NCBI RefSeq assembly: GCF_964204645.1
Contig: NC_134029.1
Location: 19,152,950 to 19,216,949, forward strand
Length of the DNA stretch: 64,000 bases
Direction: 5' to 3'
DNA from: Tubulanus polymorphus
Taxonomy: Eukaryota > Animalia > Nemertea
This document shows positions 1 to 13,600 of this stretch, piece after piece; position 1 is the stretch's first letter; each line of letters opens with the position of its first letter. Made by a program: the position numbers and the translations under genes. A model generated the notes under the pieces. That model saw nothing but the letters and a program-made list of their open reading frames with translations. It ran no database searches and was not told the origin of the DNA.

Positions 1-219
1 ACTTGTTTCTTATACCCAGTGTATCTAGTTTGTGTCTACCACACGCTCGAAACACGGATGCAATGCAGAGTTTTCAGCAAGACCCGGGTTTTAGAAACCC
101 TTCTTGAAAAAGAAGGGTACACTCCGCATTGAGCCCGCGTTTGTTTCCCTAGTGTAGACGGTAAACCTGTGTTCAATGCAACGTTTGGGCACCACAATTG
201 ATTTTGAAGTTGAACTATA

Positions 220-531
220 AGCCGCGATCACACGAGCATTTTTGGCCCGTGCCAAATTTGGCCCGGAACAACTGTTCACACGGATGCCAAATGGGCCTGA
301 CCAAAAACGTCGGACCAGGCCCGAGCCTAATTTTAGCACCAGGCAAATGAATGCGTATGAATTGCAACTGGTACCGGAAATGATCCACTTCGCTTTGTTT
401 GAGCATTGTTGAGTATCGAGTGAATGGTTTGCGTGTGAACACGCTCTCTAATTAGGCACGGGCCAAATTTGGCCCGAGCCTGATCCGGGCCAATTTGGCC
501 CGGCCCAAATCTTCTCCGTGTGATCACGGCT
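220..531. mobile_element. MITE with 15-bp TIR AGCCGCGATCACACG and 3-bp TSD (PIF/Harbinger-like), nested in an older GTGTAGAC-rich element
   Basis: TIRs at 220-234 and 517-531, with ATA flanking both sides. Internal GGCCCG/CAAATTTGG subrepeats. Confidence 0.8.
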
Positions 532-690
532 ATAGATACTTTCTACGGAAGCAGATGTGTAGACGCTACGGGCTGCGAACATGGGTTTTCGTCGGACCCG
601 CATACATCGAACCCCAGGTTTAACGAGCTAGTGTAGACGTGGTTTATGTGATGTAGGGTCACACAGTTGAAATGAAAATTTTGACTCCTT

Positions 691-894
691 AGTCGCGATC
701 ACACGGAGACAATTTAACCCGGATCAGGCCCGAGTCATCCCGTGCCTAATTGGAAAGTGCATTTACAGGGGTCAATAATTTGACCCATGCTAAAATTAGG
801 CTCAATCCCGGTGTGATGTTTTTGGTTTGGACAAATAGGCACAGGCCAGCGCGAATGGTTGGACCAGGCCATATACACTCGCGCATTCGCGGCT
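691..894. mobile_element. Shorter inverted copy of the AGCCGCGATCACACG MITE
   Basis: AGTCGCGATCACACGGAG start and TCGCGGCT end, with shared internal motifs. Confidence 0.7.
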
Positions 895-1505
895 ATTGTT
901 CTGTGTTACCCAGTCGAAACATATGCCCTCGTCTGTTAGCCAGCTGAAATATTGGCTTTTTCCGACTGATTTTCTGATCCAATTGCCGAGATAAGTCTGG
1001 AATTACTGGAATCAAGGAAACACCGAACACAACATTTATGCTCATACAATAGGAACCAGGTACAGAGGCAGAATGATCTTATATTCATAGATTCACGATC
1101 TATCCTTGAAAAGGCAGACGTATATAGCAGCAGCAGCAGCGAGTGGCGGCAGTGGCGTTAAACTGAAATATCATCGTCTCTCTCTCTCAATGGTTACTGC
1201 TCATCATGAATAACGAATTGTCATCATCGGATTTTTTTACGTTATCGGTGTCCCGTGTCCATTTCGAATGTGGTTTCCATAGAAACGCATCAGGTGGCAC
1301 GGAACCACCTACAAATTCAAAAACCTTGAAACCGAATCTTTGCGATTGTGGAGGAACCGCTGCTGTAGCTGCAGTTGTTTATAGAAGCAGTGGATCTCTT
1401 TCTCAGGTTTGAATTTCAAATCTATTTCTTAGAAAAAAGTTACATTCTTGAAGTGTTTTGAAATGTTGCTAGACACGTATCGGTAGTGAAGTAAAACCCC
1501 CAATA

Positions 1506-1595
1506 CAGTGGATCTTCATTACAGTGAACTTCATGGGACCAGAAAATATGTTCGTTATAACCAATAGTGTGTTCATTACAATGTAGTTCCACTGT
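1506..1595. mobile_element. TA-flanked CAGT...ACTG MITE (Tc1/mariner/pogo-like); similar elements at ~36133-36279 and ~59897-60070
   Basis: TA-CAGTGGA...TCCACTG-TA termini. Confidence 0.55.
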
Positions 1596-3029
1596 ATAAT
1601 TCTAAAAAAACATACAGAAATAATGGTACGTAGCTATATTCACCGATGTTTTACGCTTTAGGGTTATTATTATTTGAAAATGTTGCTGAATGTCATCAAA
1701 AAAGTAAATTTATCCTGCGCGACATGAAACAATAGTAGCAGCCCCTTTGACCTAATTCCAGTTGTGCCTAGTTTGTTTCGTTTCGATGTGGAAAACATAA
1801 TGACAGACTTTTTCTATGTCGATTGAATGTATATATGTCTAATTTCTGCATAGTTACATAACTACTATCTATGATAATTGCATATAGAGTTTGGGCGACT
1901 TTTGGCCTTTTATCAGTCATATTTATGTATATGTATATATATATGGCAGACACAACAAGCCATTTTTCGATCGAACCAAACACTAGTTAGAAATGATTGT
2001 CATCGATTATCAATGCGGTTTATGCTTTGTGTGCGTTCCTATTGTATTTAGATAGAGTCAATTTTAAATTGAAAAATGATCTTTTGAATTGATAGATGAT
2101 GGCTTTTACTTGGAAACCACGGTATTCAACAGTAAAGCCGGGCTGATGCGGTTTGATTTTGAAATAATCGTACAAAGCGCCACGAGAAAAGTAGTCCAAT
2201 TTTTTTTAAAATCAATAACATTGGTTTTTTATGTTCATGTAAAAACTTCTACTATTCTTTAAGATGTCTCATATAAAGTTAAATCCTCAGGTCCTTCACA
2301 TTCTACCGACAAATCGCATGCGATAGTTGCACGTGTATGCGCACACATTTCTTCTTGTCAGTTGGATTGCTCCCGATTGCTTATTGCTGCAACCCGACAT
2401 CGACATTAGCCTGTGTGCACCCGGCTTTAGGTCTATATGTAGGTTGACTGCAACAGTGTCAGTTATGGGTGTGCAACTACAGTCTTTGACGAGTCGAGTC
2501 ACAAGAGCAGCGTAGGTCAGTTGCATCACCAAAAGTAGAACAGGTCCGACTCATTGTGACTGATATTGCTGGCTATTGTAACCCATTGTGGGCAGTTACA
2601 GGGTGTTTAGGTTGATAGGACGTAACTGGCAGTTGCGCACAGTACAGCCGTGATTGCATGGAGATGATTAGGCCCGGGCCTGAAATTGGCACAGATCAGC
2701 CTCGCCCCACACTTTTTGGTTTTTCAATTGCTGATAATGATGATAGGCGCAATCGGATTGGATACTGAAAACGTTGTCGGTTTCAAATGAATTTTAGTTT
2801 TCAAATTCTCAGAAGTTTGTTGAGATTTGTTGTTCATTTGATTTATGAGATGCGCGTCATCTGTAACGCATGAAACGAGCGTAATTTCATCTGGAGGTTG
2901 TGGATCGAAGAAATTGTGCTGCCTCCGCGCACTTCATGTATCATTTCTATTAGATAGATTTCAATACTGCGCGAGTATCATCCGTCTTTCATGTCCCGAT
3001 GAGGGCGATAAAAAGTATTTTTCATAATC

Positions 3030-3044
3030 CATCTACATCATCTA

Positions 3045-3105
<61 letters not shown>

Positions 3106-3115
3106 GTCGTCGTCA
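3030..3115. repeat. (CAT)n microsatellite grading into (CGT)n
   Basis: Direct inspection. Confidence 0.95.
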
Positions 3116-3712
3116 TCTCGAAGACATAAAACTGCTTGTATCCGTGCATTCGAGATACTCGTGCAGTAAGTGGGAGTTTACGACGCCTCAAGGACTTGAC
3201 TTGTAATTAATCAAGTTTGTTTTTTCTTTCTTCATTTTCTCTCGAACGCCGCCGTTTCGTCCTCGTCGTCGTCCATCACTTCGCAACCGAGATCGCCGTG
3301 GTTACGAAAATACATTACTACCGACCCCCCCTCTCTCTGTCTCCTTATACCTGCCACGGAATTAATTAAGAAGAAATATGATTTCTAAAAACGCGCGTGC
3401 ATGTGTGTGTGTGACCACCTTCTCGGCGGAAGCGTGTTTACAGATATTGCGCGCTTAATGGAATTCTATTTCGAGAGTTGCGATGATCGAGGGCTGTTAA
3501 TCTTTCATTCACACATGATGCTTGCTGTTTGTTTTGTAGCGGCGCGAGGGACTGAAAAAAGAAGATTAGTACTTTCGATTTTTCCGCAGTCGGTATATAC
3601 CGGAGTATATGTAGCCTGAATATAGGCAAATAAACTTAAGGCAAACAGCGTGGTCCACGGTTGCTAACACGAGAAATCTATGGTTTAACCAAGAGTTAAC
3701 TTAAAACTCTAT

Positions 3713-4060
3713 AACCGCGATCACATGGAAATGATTTGGCCCGGGCCAAATTGGCATGGATCAGGCACGGGCCAAATTTGGCCTGTGCCTAATTGGAGAG
3801 CGCGTTTGCACGTAAACCATTCACTTGTTACTAAACAATGCTTAAACAAAGCGAAGTGAGTCACTTCCAGAATCTGTAGCCATTCACATGCAATATAATG
3901 TGACCCGTACTAAAATATGGTTTGGGCCAGCTCCGAGGTGTTTGGTCGTGCCAAATTTGGCCCAGGTGAAACAGGCACGGGCCCATTTGGCATCCATGTG
4001 AACCATGTGAACAGGTGTTCACACTGGCCAAAAATTCTTGTATCGGGCAAATGTAGGGGC
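3713..4060. mobile_element. Copy of the same MITE family (further fragments at ~2646-2705 and ~6215-6380)
   Basis: AACCGCGATCACATGGAAATGATTTGGCCCGGGCC... is the reverse complement of the 531-side end of the 220-531 element. Confidence 0.75.
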
Positions 4061-5489
4061 CAGTTGCATTGTCATGAAGTCTAAGGATCATCTGAAATCA
4101 TAAGACTGGTTGTTGAGAGTTGTTGAGAAGTTGGGTTGATCTTAACAATAAGAAATGCCTACAGTTTAACTGGTAAATAACAGACCAGCCCTACTTCTAA
4201 GCCAACAAATCCAATCAAACAACTAGGGAATTTCAAGTCAATTGTTGATTCAGGACTCAGCCAGGTACCCTACTAGGTTCTGGGTATTAGATAATGTATT
4301 CTATTACGCAATTATTACGAAATTGTGCGCAATATCAATTAATCTTTATTCACGGAATCACTAAAATTCAAACCCGCATATTCGTCGGTATTGGGGAAAA
4401 TTTTTGATCGATCGCCGTCCATCTCAATGAAAAAAAAAATCACTCATTTTACCCGGAAATTCAGAAATTACATCAGTTGCCGGTGTTTTTATGCGAACAT
4501 TATTGTCGCCACGGTTGACTTCGGTTTCTTCAACGCATCGGGAATTATTAACGATTGAATATAATTTTTCAACCGTGCTTCGTTTAAGGCCATTTGTTAC
4601 GGTATGCGCTCGCGTGTGCACATGCGCTAAATGCCGCTATCTGATTTTTGCGAAAAACGATGGCTCATCGGTTTTCAACTTAACGATGGAATAAAATTGC
4701 TTAATCTAGCCAGAGACCACACAACCAAATCTAATTATGCATCAATTTATGAGCTCTCGGTTGCCAGGTAACTCATTCTTGTTTGCCGAAGTTGTCACTT
4801 GAGTGACATGACGGGTAGAATGCGAATGTAGTGAAAAAAAGCCTGTCTGTATCTCAGTAGGTATGATGTTTGTCTCCGTCAGGCTTCCAGCTGGTAGGGG
4901 GTAGGCCTATCACTTGTAGGCTACGTATGGCGGGCGAAAACCACCAAAATATAGCATTACAATGAAAGATGATGAAAAGATGATGTGTTGATGATGAAAA
5001 GATACAGAAAAGCTGGTGATAAGACCGAAGATTGTTCAGCAATGATGTAATCATAAAAAATTTTTAAAAAGTGAAACAATGGAATGGTGAAATGATAGAA
5101 GATGATAGGTAAAAAGGTTATTATGCACTGGCTGTGGCAATTTTTGTTGTGTAACATAATAGGTGATAGAGACAATAACATATCATAGAACTCGCTGTGC
5201 TTGGAAACTTGATATGTATTTGGTGAATATTTTGGATGGAAGAAGACTTCAAGATATATCGAGGAATAAAGGAATGAATAATTTGAAAATTCTTCCAATT
5301 TCATTCGTAGTAGTAGAATACGCCCGTGCGCTCTGACTTGAAGAATCTATGATAAGTTTGAAATCTTGCGGCACCAATCAGATTGCTCCTTGTATCATCA
5401 CTAAGGTAAATTTCATGGCAGAATTATAAATGGGAAAACCTGGGTTAAAATAAAACGGGATATCTGATTGGCTGATAATGACATCATCT

Positions 5490-5575
5490 AAGCTGCGCAT
5501 GTAGCTGCGCACGGCAGGGTTTCGTATTGTGGCGATTTGATGCCATCGGGTTCGAATCCCTGCCAGGGAGGGGAT
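5490..5575 (+). mobile_element. Short interspersed repeat with a Pol III B-box (tRNA-derived SINE-like); copies at ~18140-18195 (-) and ~57578-57672 (+)
   Basis: GGCAGGGTTTCGTA.TGTGG...TGCCATC.GGTTCGAATCCCTGCCAGGG is shared by the copies. Confidence 0.6.
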
Positions 5576-7559
5576 GTAATAAGTTTAAAACATGAATGGT
5601 CTCTAGAGAGTGGTGTGAGAATGTGTTGAACTGTAGAGAACGTTGTGTCTTTTGATTTTGATTTTTCATAAATAGAACTCTTTTTTTATCTCGCGGGTTC
5701 AAAACTTATTAATTCGTAGTCTTTTGAATCCGTTCGTTCGTAATTTGAAAAACTTATTACAGTCGGAATCTTTAATGTTCCGCGCTCGACGTCTGCAGGT
5801 TCGGAAACGGGGACCGTGTCGGGTGGTTAAAAGCAAATTGAAGAATGATGAATGAAAGGAGCGCGCCGATAAACCGACCTCGAGGGAAATCAATCGCGTT
5901 TTCATTTTCGGCTTCGCATAGATGCAACAGCAGCCGCGTAACCTTTCGCTGGCAGCTTTAATGTCAATCGCATCAAAGGTGAATTTATCATGTGGTAATG
6001 AGTCATGAATTGTCATGTGTGTCGTTTGTCTTTTTTTTCTAACCACAAATTTCAACGCGCGAGAGACCCTCGAGTCGATCGAATTGAAATTTTGTTTAAT
6101 TTCCAACAGCCAATCTTCTCGATCTAATGAAAGATATCATCATTTTTACGGGGTATCTGCCATTATACACATGCTTATGAAAGTCCAAGTCATCATCGTT
6201 AATTTAGTGGCAAACAAAAGTCAAATTGGGCCCATGCCTAATAAGAGAGCGTGCTCGCACGTAAACCACTCATTCGATACAGAACCAGTTCACACTCAAT
6301 AATTTGACCCATGCTAGAATCTTTGCTCGGGCCTGGTCGGATGTTTGTGGTCGGGCAAAACAGGTATGTGGCACCCGTGTGTATTGATGTAATAAGTAAT
6401 TAGTCATTATTTCTCTTGATAAATGGCAGCACCAGTCAAACATAGTGAAATATTAGTAACTGACGATACACCGCACCACGGTGTAGACACACGATAGTGG
6501 TATTCCCGTTAATCAACACACGAGGGTGGAATTTCTCATAATATTCAAATTATCTCCAGCACTATAAGGTTTCAATTAGTCAGCAGTGAAAGGGTTAATC
6601 TAACACCTGACGATGGTCTTTAGCGACTGTCCCAAACGTTGTATCTTTTATTTTCGATTCTCTGGTAATATATTTCGCTTTTAATCTTTTAAATTTTGTA
6701 TACAATGGGTTTTAAACTTACCATTGTAGACGTTCGTATCGCATTCGTAAGCTACGTCAATTAGATGAATTTAGACATAGGATTTGCTAGCGACGTACTG
6801 GTTGACTCGTTTAAGTGACCCTTCATCGTCGTAAAAATAGCGTCGATAACGTTAATTCGCCGACCGGTAATAACTACTTCATTCCCATCAAATATTCCGC
6901 GTCCTGGAGAGGATGCTCCCGCCGGGTGACTCATTGTCTGACGATCTTCATACCAATTATGGGATTGATCGAAGAAAGATAGTGCCTTGCTGATAGCACC
7001 GTGACATCGGTACATATTACTTAACGATCACCCGCGATGGCCGCGGTATCGTTTCGTTTTTCGTTTGACCATCATCGTAGGCGAATATTCATACATCATT
7101 TCATCGCAATCATAACGCTCGGCTTCGGCCAAAAATTAGTTTCTTTTTCCTCGAGACGACGGCGACGCTTGATTATCGTCGGCGCGCGGTCGGTGGAGAA
7201 AAACTAATTTCATACGATCGATGCTCATGTAATCTATACGTCCGCGTCCATTCCGCCCTGACAGCATATGCCTTAATCAGCTCAATAATAATTTTCTCTT
7301 TACCTCCGGCAGCCTCGGCAGCTTTCCACCAGAATTTGGAATTCGCAATTGCGAAGTTTTAGTTCATCGACAATTAAAATGATATCCTTCCAATTATTCG
7401 TTTCAAGGATGTAGATAATCACGAGACTGATCCCTGACCAACACTCTTTTTATCGGAGGTATATACTTCAGTTTACCGAGGCAGAGTAAATCTTAATTCC
7501 TTTACCTTAACGAATTGTTTGCCAATTCTTAAAAACGGTAATTAGTTGAACATAACCCC

Positions 7560-7860
7560 GATTTCGACTCATGGAGAATCCTACGCTGATAAAACGAGAA
7601 AGAAAATTTCCCTTCAAGCTAATATTTCATTGATTTAATGTTTCGACTGTAACCTAATGATCATCATCAGGAATTTCAGGAATGAAGATGACTATTAGGT
7701 TACAGTATTCCTGAAGATGACTATTAGGTTATAGTATTCCTGAAGATGACTATTAGGTTATAGTATTCCTGAAGACGACTATTAGGTTATAGTCGACATA
7801 CTGAATCAATAAATTATTAGTTTGAAGGAAACGATTGGTGTTGGGATTCTCTATAAATCG
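7560..7860. repeat. Foldback element with a 29-bp tandem repeat and hammerhead-ribozyme-like cores (probably Penelope-derived)
   Basis: About 4 copies of CTGAAGATGACTATTAGGTTATAGTATTC at 7682-7795. The inverted arm 7640-7670 reads CTGATGA-stem-GAAAC on the - strand. Confidence 0.65.
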
Positions 7861-9012
7861 TTACAGATCGGAATAGTGTTTCACCAATAGTTACATATAT
7901 GGACATGTTTGTAGGAATCTAAAAAGAATGGGTTAAATTGTATATATTCATAATTTGTCATTGTCGATAGTTAAAGATCAAATTGACAAAAATGTTCAAT
8001 TTGAATTGCTATTTGCGAAGCGCGTCTTCTCGATGATCGGTTCGATTGATTTTGAATCCCCTAGCCCGATCCATGCGCGCCTTCAAGCGCTGTCGGATGT
8101 CTCGAAGGCATAGCTTGATTTAAAGAACTCGCCGGTGTGGAGGGGATTGAAACGCGCGCTCGCTCGCCGGTGTTGTAGTCGACGACGATATCGGTCGAAA
8201 AGCGAAGCTGATGAAGTTAATCAGTGTTGAGTACCTGCGGGATGATGTCGAGCATCATCGATACATCGATCGGTCCCGTCGTCGTACGAGTCGCGATCTC
8301 GGCGCGCGCTGCCGCATCGCCCGCCGCGCTCGCGCAGTCGACGGAAATTCGCGTCGATTGATGATGGAATTATGATTTCGTGCGAATCTGATTTTCGCGT
8401 AAACTCATTCGACGTCGACGCAGTAAGAGCTTTATTCTCTGTTTACCACTCCGGCGGTTCGCATCAGATATGTTTAAAAGCTGCCCCGCGGATATATTGA
8501 CGTTTTCGGCTTCGATGGTTTTTCGTCGCATTCAAAGAAGCTGCGTTTGTTTAAGTCGCGGCCCGAGTTGCGTTCGGTAGTTTCAAATTTACTCCGAAAT
8601 TCAGATTTAGTCATCGAATTATCAGTGAGTACAATAATGAAACTTTGCTGATTTAAGAACTTCTTGAACTGGGCCTAGGAGAATGACTTTGCGGTAAAAT
8701 GTCAAAGCACTTTATCTAGATTCTGGGCTTCGTCTCCTGTTTTTACCGAGGAAGGCATTAAAAAAACTGCTTACGCCGGAAAAATACTTATGCTATTTCT
8801 CGGCTTAATTGAAGTCTTATCTGAAGTGCAAATGAAACGGTTCTATTGATTCCAGAGTCGTCGTTTCAGAATCGCAAATCCTGTTTCGGGACAAGCACCG
8901 ACGTTCATATTGATTTTTTTTTCACCACAAGCAGCAAAGGAATTAATGTATTTTTTTGTTACAAGCGCAATCGTGTTTTGGTTTAAATTGTATCAGTGCA
9001 GAACCTTTTTAA

Positions 9013-9376
9013 CTCTTTCAGTGCTGACTAATTAATACCCCGATGCTGGGGATGATTCGAAATCTTTACTCTTTTGGCATTTTATACACCACCGTGCGGT
9101 GTATCGTTAGTGATTAACATTTAACAGTTTTTGACAGGCGCTGCCATCTTTCACTAGCGATAAAAACTAATTACTAACAACATCAATACACCATGAAGCG
9201 GTGCACTAGATTTATACACCACAGTGCGGTGTATTGTTAGTGATTTACATTTGACTATTTGACAGGTGCTGCCATCTTTCAATAGAGATACAAATTAAAT
9301 ACTAACAACATCAATACTCAACGATGAGGTGCACTAGATTTATACACCGCACTGCAGTGTAGATGCACTGAAAGGG
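9013..9376. mobile_element. piggyBac-like MITE (TTAA flanks) with an internal ~130-bp duplication; inverted partial copy at ~6380-6598
   Basis: TTAA-CTCTTTCAGTGC ... GCACTGAAAGGG-TTAA. The block ATTTATACACCAC..GCTGCCATCTTTCA..ACTAACAACATCAATAC is repeated internally. Confidence 0.75.
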
Positions 9377-10173
9377 TTAACTGGCACCGATTTTTGCCAA
9401 CCTATCCCGCTTCGAGCATTTCAAAAATTTCCCCGGTGTACACACACGCATGCGCGCGTGCTCACAAATGAGCGGTGTAATCTCGATGCTTTTTGACGGC
9501 GTCAAATCGAATACACACGAGGACTCGACGAGCACGATGCGAATCTCGAATGATTTAAAACGATCGACGTGAAACGTCTTGTCTTCGTTTCCACGCGTAA
9601 TTCGATTGATTTTCGATATTCTCTCCCCACAGTAGCAGACGGATTTCAGATTGAATACATCGATAGTCGCGACGATTCTCTCCGGTCGTTTGTTCGTTCT
9701 GCGCGGCGTCTGACTCATGGCGTCGGCGCAGATTTCATCTAACCTGTCAAAGTCGATTTAATAATCGCGACGGCGGCGCGCAAATTCTGTCCGCATCGCG
9801 CGGGCGCGAGAACGAGCGACGACGATCATTCAATCCGAACGGAAGCGGTTCAACTCCGTCTGCGAAAATAGATCTTTTCAATCGGCGTTCGCGTCAAGCC
9901 GCCGGTAATGCAAGGTTCCGATCGAATGTCGCGATCTTGCGATTATCTTCTATTACTGGTTTCTGTCGGCGAGATATTGGATTATTACCTTTCACGGCAG
10001 CGCTCACTCGGTCTTTTTCATTCGGGGGTAATGATTTTTTCGCTAGGATCGGCCGCTAAAACCGTGGAAATAAACGCGCTAATGGAAAGCACCATGATTT
10101 TTTCATACACCGATATATGATACGATAGGACTAGTGCTAAGTAGTACCGGTATTCAGTGATGAAGGATTCAAA

Positions 10174-10478
10174 AGCCGCGATCGTATGAGCATTTTTGGC
10201 CCGTGCCGTATTTGGCCCGGAATAGGCATTCACACAGATGCCAAATGGGCCCGTGCCTGTTTGGCCCGACCAAAAACATAGACCAGGCCGGAGCCAAATT
10301 TAAACACGCGTAAGATAATCGTGTGTGAATTGCTGCTGGTTCTGGAAGTGACTCACTTCACTTTGTTTAAGCATTGTTAAGTATCGAGTGAGTGGTTTAC
10401 GCGTGAAGGTGCCCTCTAGTTAGGCACAGATCTGTACCGATTTGGCCTAAGCCGAATCATCTCCGTGTGATCGCGGCT
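10174..10478. mobile_element. Full-length copy of the same MITE family
   Basis: AGCCGCGATC start and GTGTGATCGCGGCT end, with AAA on both flanks; colinear with 220-531. Confidence 0.8.
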
Positions 10479-10691
10479 AAAGATCTCATATTTTCTCGAA
10501 GAAGGAAGTTATGAAATCTCATTCATCATTCAAAGAGAATTTATGCAGACATTTCAATAGGGAAAACGACATCAGGTCCTGTGCGATTTTCTGGTCTGAT
10601 TTTCTCTTATTAAAAATCAAGAATTAATCTTAGATCCTCTTAAATCTTCCGAATCCGAATAAGAAATTCGATACTCGTTTTATATTTTCAG

Positions 10692-13600
10692 GGAGAATCG
10701 AGTTGAAAGAAGAGACGGTCGAAAGTTTACTGTCGACGTCGTGTTTGTTGCAGCTCTCCGAAGTCGTCGAGGCTTGCTGCAGCTTTCTCATGAAGCAGCT
10801 TCATCCATCCAACTGTCTCGGTATACGACAGTTCGCTGACGCTCAAGGCTGTTCAGATCTGTTCAAAGTCGCCAATAATTATGTTATGGTAAGCACGACG
10901 TCGTGTGTCGCTAATTGATATATTTACGCATTATTTCGGACGATCTTCGTATAATCGCGGTGGCGCCACTGACCTGGAAAACGTGAAAAACTCAGGGAAT
11001 CAGAAACATCTAGAAACAAATCATGGAAAAATCGGGGAATTTGACAAATGTTGCGAAAAAAAAACCCTGAATTTGGATAATGCTATTATTGGCCATGTGT
11101 TTCTTTATCAATACATGACTGGTGAATAATGAATGAATTGTTACATTATAAACCAATAGATTTCTATGTTCACCTGCTGCAGATTCACTCGGGGAATTCT
11201 GGTTTATAACATTGAAAATCAGGGGAATCTCAGGGAATTATTTGTAACTGAGCGGAAAGTGGCGCCACCCTAATAATTTCAAATCGGATTACGTAGTTAG
11301 GTTTCGAGAATTACTCAAACAAGAAAGTTCTAGTTGACTTCGCAGTGAGGATCAGGTTTGCACAAGGGACGCAATGATGTGCGTTTGAAAATTTTCTGGT
11401 GGAAACTGTGCTTATTTTTAAGGCTTTTGTGCGCTTTGTTCTATGAATAACTGTCATCATATGCCTCCGGCTTGCCCCTGGGAACGATGAATTTCCTCCA
11501 TTTTTTCACCCCGTAAAAGTTTTTACATTTTCAATTCAAAGATGAAAGGCCTTTATATCTCCACATATTAATCGATTATCCTGCTCTTTTGTTGATCCAG
11601 TTTAAGCTGCTACATTTTCATGTAGCATATGGGTGTATTTCCAAATCTCGGTATTTATCGCAGTTGAATTTTGCAAAGCGGTTCTCTATAACCCACCTAC
11701 TACATTTCATATCTCACATTCCTTTTTTGGGTTTCAGGTTATACAAGCCTTGCTTTTTATGAAACCCCAATTGATATTACAACATTATCTACTGATTGTC
11801 AGATTGTACACATTGGTGCACTTGATTTCTGAAATAAATAGATGAATTCACAAACCAATATTTTGATCTTAAAATAGATATGGAATTGAAATAGGATTGT
11901 CCCTGTGATTTATTTAATTGGAATAAAATCAAAAGTGACTGATTCATAAAAAAACTACAAAGGTTGTAGTTTCCATATTCCAATCATAACGTTCATTACA
12001 TTCGATTTTTTTCCAGGAACACTTCTGCGAAGTGATTGTCAATCAAGAATTCCAGATGTTACAGGCGGAAGAGGTTGGCAAACTATTGTCCAGCGATGAT
12101 CTGAACGTTCCAAACGAAGAGACAATCTTTAACGCCCTTATCGCGTGGGCCAACTACGATTCCGCGAACCGTAAAAAGAACCTGTCCAAACTGCTGGCAC
12201 ACGTGAAACTACCGTTGATGTCGCCGCAGGTGAGTGCGATTGATTCTATTAGGTTGTATTTAGAAAAAAGGAATTCGAAAATATGAAATGAAATATGGTT
12301 TATTTCAAGGATGCATCACATACATTTGTCAAATCAAATAATTTGACTATTGATCTTTTGGTGGCCTTTAATTGCCTTGTTTTAACATTGAAGATTTACA
12401 TTTGAATTTTGGTCTGTACCATAAAAGATGTACAGTACAGTTCAATGTGTTTAATAATTAGAACATGCCTTCATTCTTTTGCATATCCCCTTTCAAAGAT
12501 ATCTTTTACCAGTACCCTGGTATATCCGGATGGTCTTCTTTCTTGTTCTGTGACAATGCTTGTGTCTTTCGAAATTATTGCTCAATTGGATGGTTTGAAA
12601 GAGATTTCCTCGGAAAATCAAACATACTGAGTCCCACACTGATATAACGAGAAAAATCAAGTCTGATGAAAATTTTCCTGCGAGCTAATAATTCATTGAT
12701 TTGATGTTTCGACTATAACCTGATAGTTGTCTTCAGGAATACTATGACCTAATAGTCATCTTCACTGAAGATGATTATTAGGTTATCGTCGAAACATCAA
12801 ATCAATAAATTATTAGCTCATAGGAAACTTATCAGACTTCATTTTTCTTGTTATATTAATGCCGCAATACAGAAGTAGTGTTTCATCAATGGTCAAGCAT
12901 ACAGATGTTATCACCAAAAACAGTGTTCATGTCTAATTCATTGTGACACTCAGCATTGAAAATAGGCAAAAATGGGCAGTGTATTGCTAAACCTAAGATA
13001 AAGCAAGATATTGTGTGGCATTGGGTGCACATGGGTGAAAATGGTCATGTCTGATTCAATAGAAAAGAAAACTCAAACCGAACTGCAAATGAGGAATTGC
13101 GGCGAACATAATCTGCAACAATCTCTCATTAAATCAAGCATCAAGATATACATTCTCTGGCTTGTAACAGTAGACGTGCTTGATTTTCTTCTTAAGAGAC
13201 AAAAGAGCTCATGCGTGAGATCTCGTCTATTTTCTGACGGCCGCGCGTTTCGTATCGTTTCAGTTCATAGCAGATCAAGTCGAAACGAACAGCCTATTCA
13301 AAGAGGACAGCGAGTGTCAGTCGCTGATCATGGAAGCGTTGAAGTACCACCTCCTTCCCGAACGGCGGCTATCGATGCAAAGTCCTCGCACGAAACCGCG
13401 CAAATCGACGGTCGGTGTTTTATACGCAGTCGGAGGTATGGATTGTACGAAAGGTAACTACGTGTTCGATGTCGTCATCGCTTTCGTTAAAATCAATGCA
13501 CGGTTTGTCTAGACTCTTTAGCAGCGTTTATTAATAGCCGATTGTGCCGCGTCTGTGTTTCGATATAACGTTTTGTTTCGCTTTCATCTCTCACATTCAG

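Noticed and set aside
5490-5575. tRNA gene suggested by GGTTCGAATCCC
   Set aside because: No cloverleaf could be formed; three diverged dispersed copies indicate a SINE-like repeat.
7682-7795. 29-bp direct repeats resembling a CRISPR array
   Set aside because: Head-to-tail with no unique spacers, eukaryotic context and no cas genes.
1-10691. Missing N-terminal BTB exons of the kelch gene
   Set aside because: No HR.VL...S.YF.AMF-type BTB sequence was found in the ORF track or by reading; they are presumably upstream of the window.
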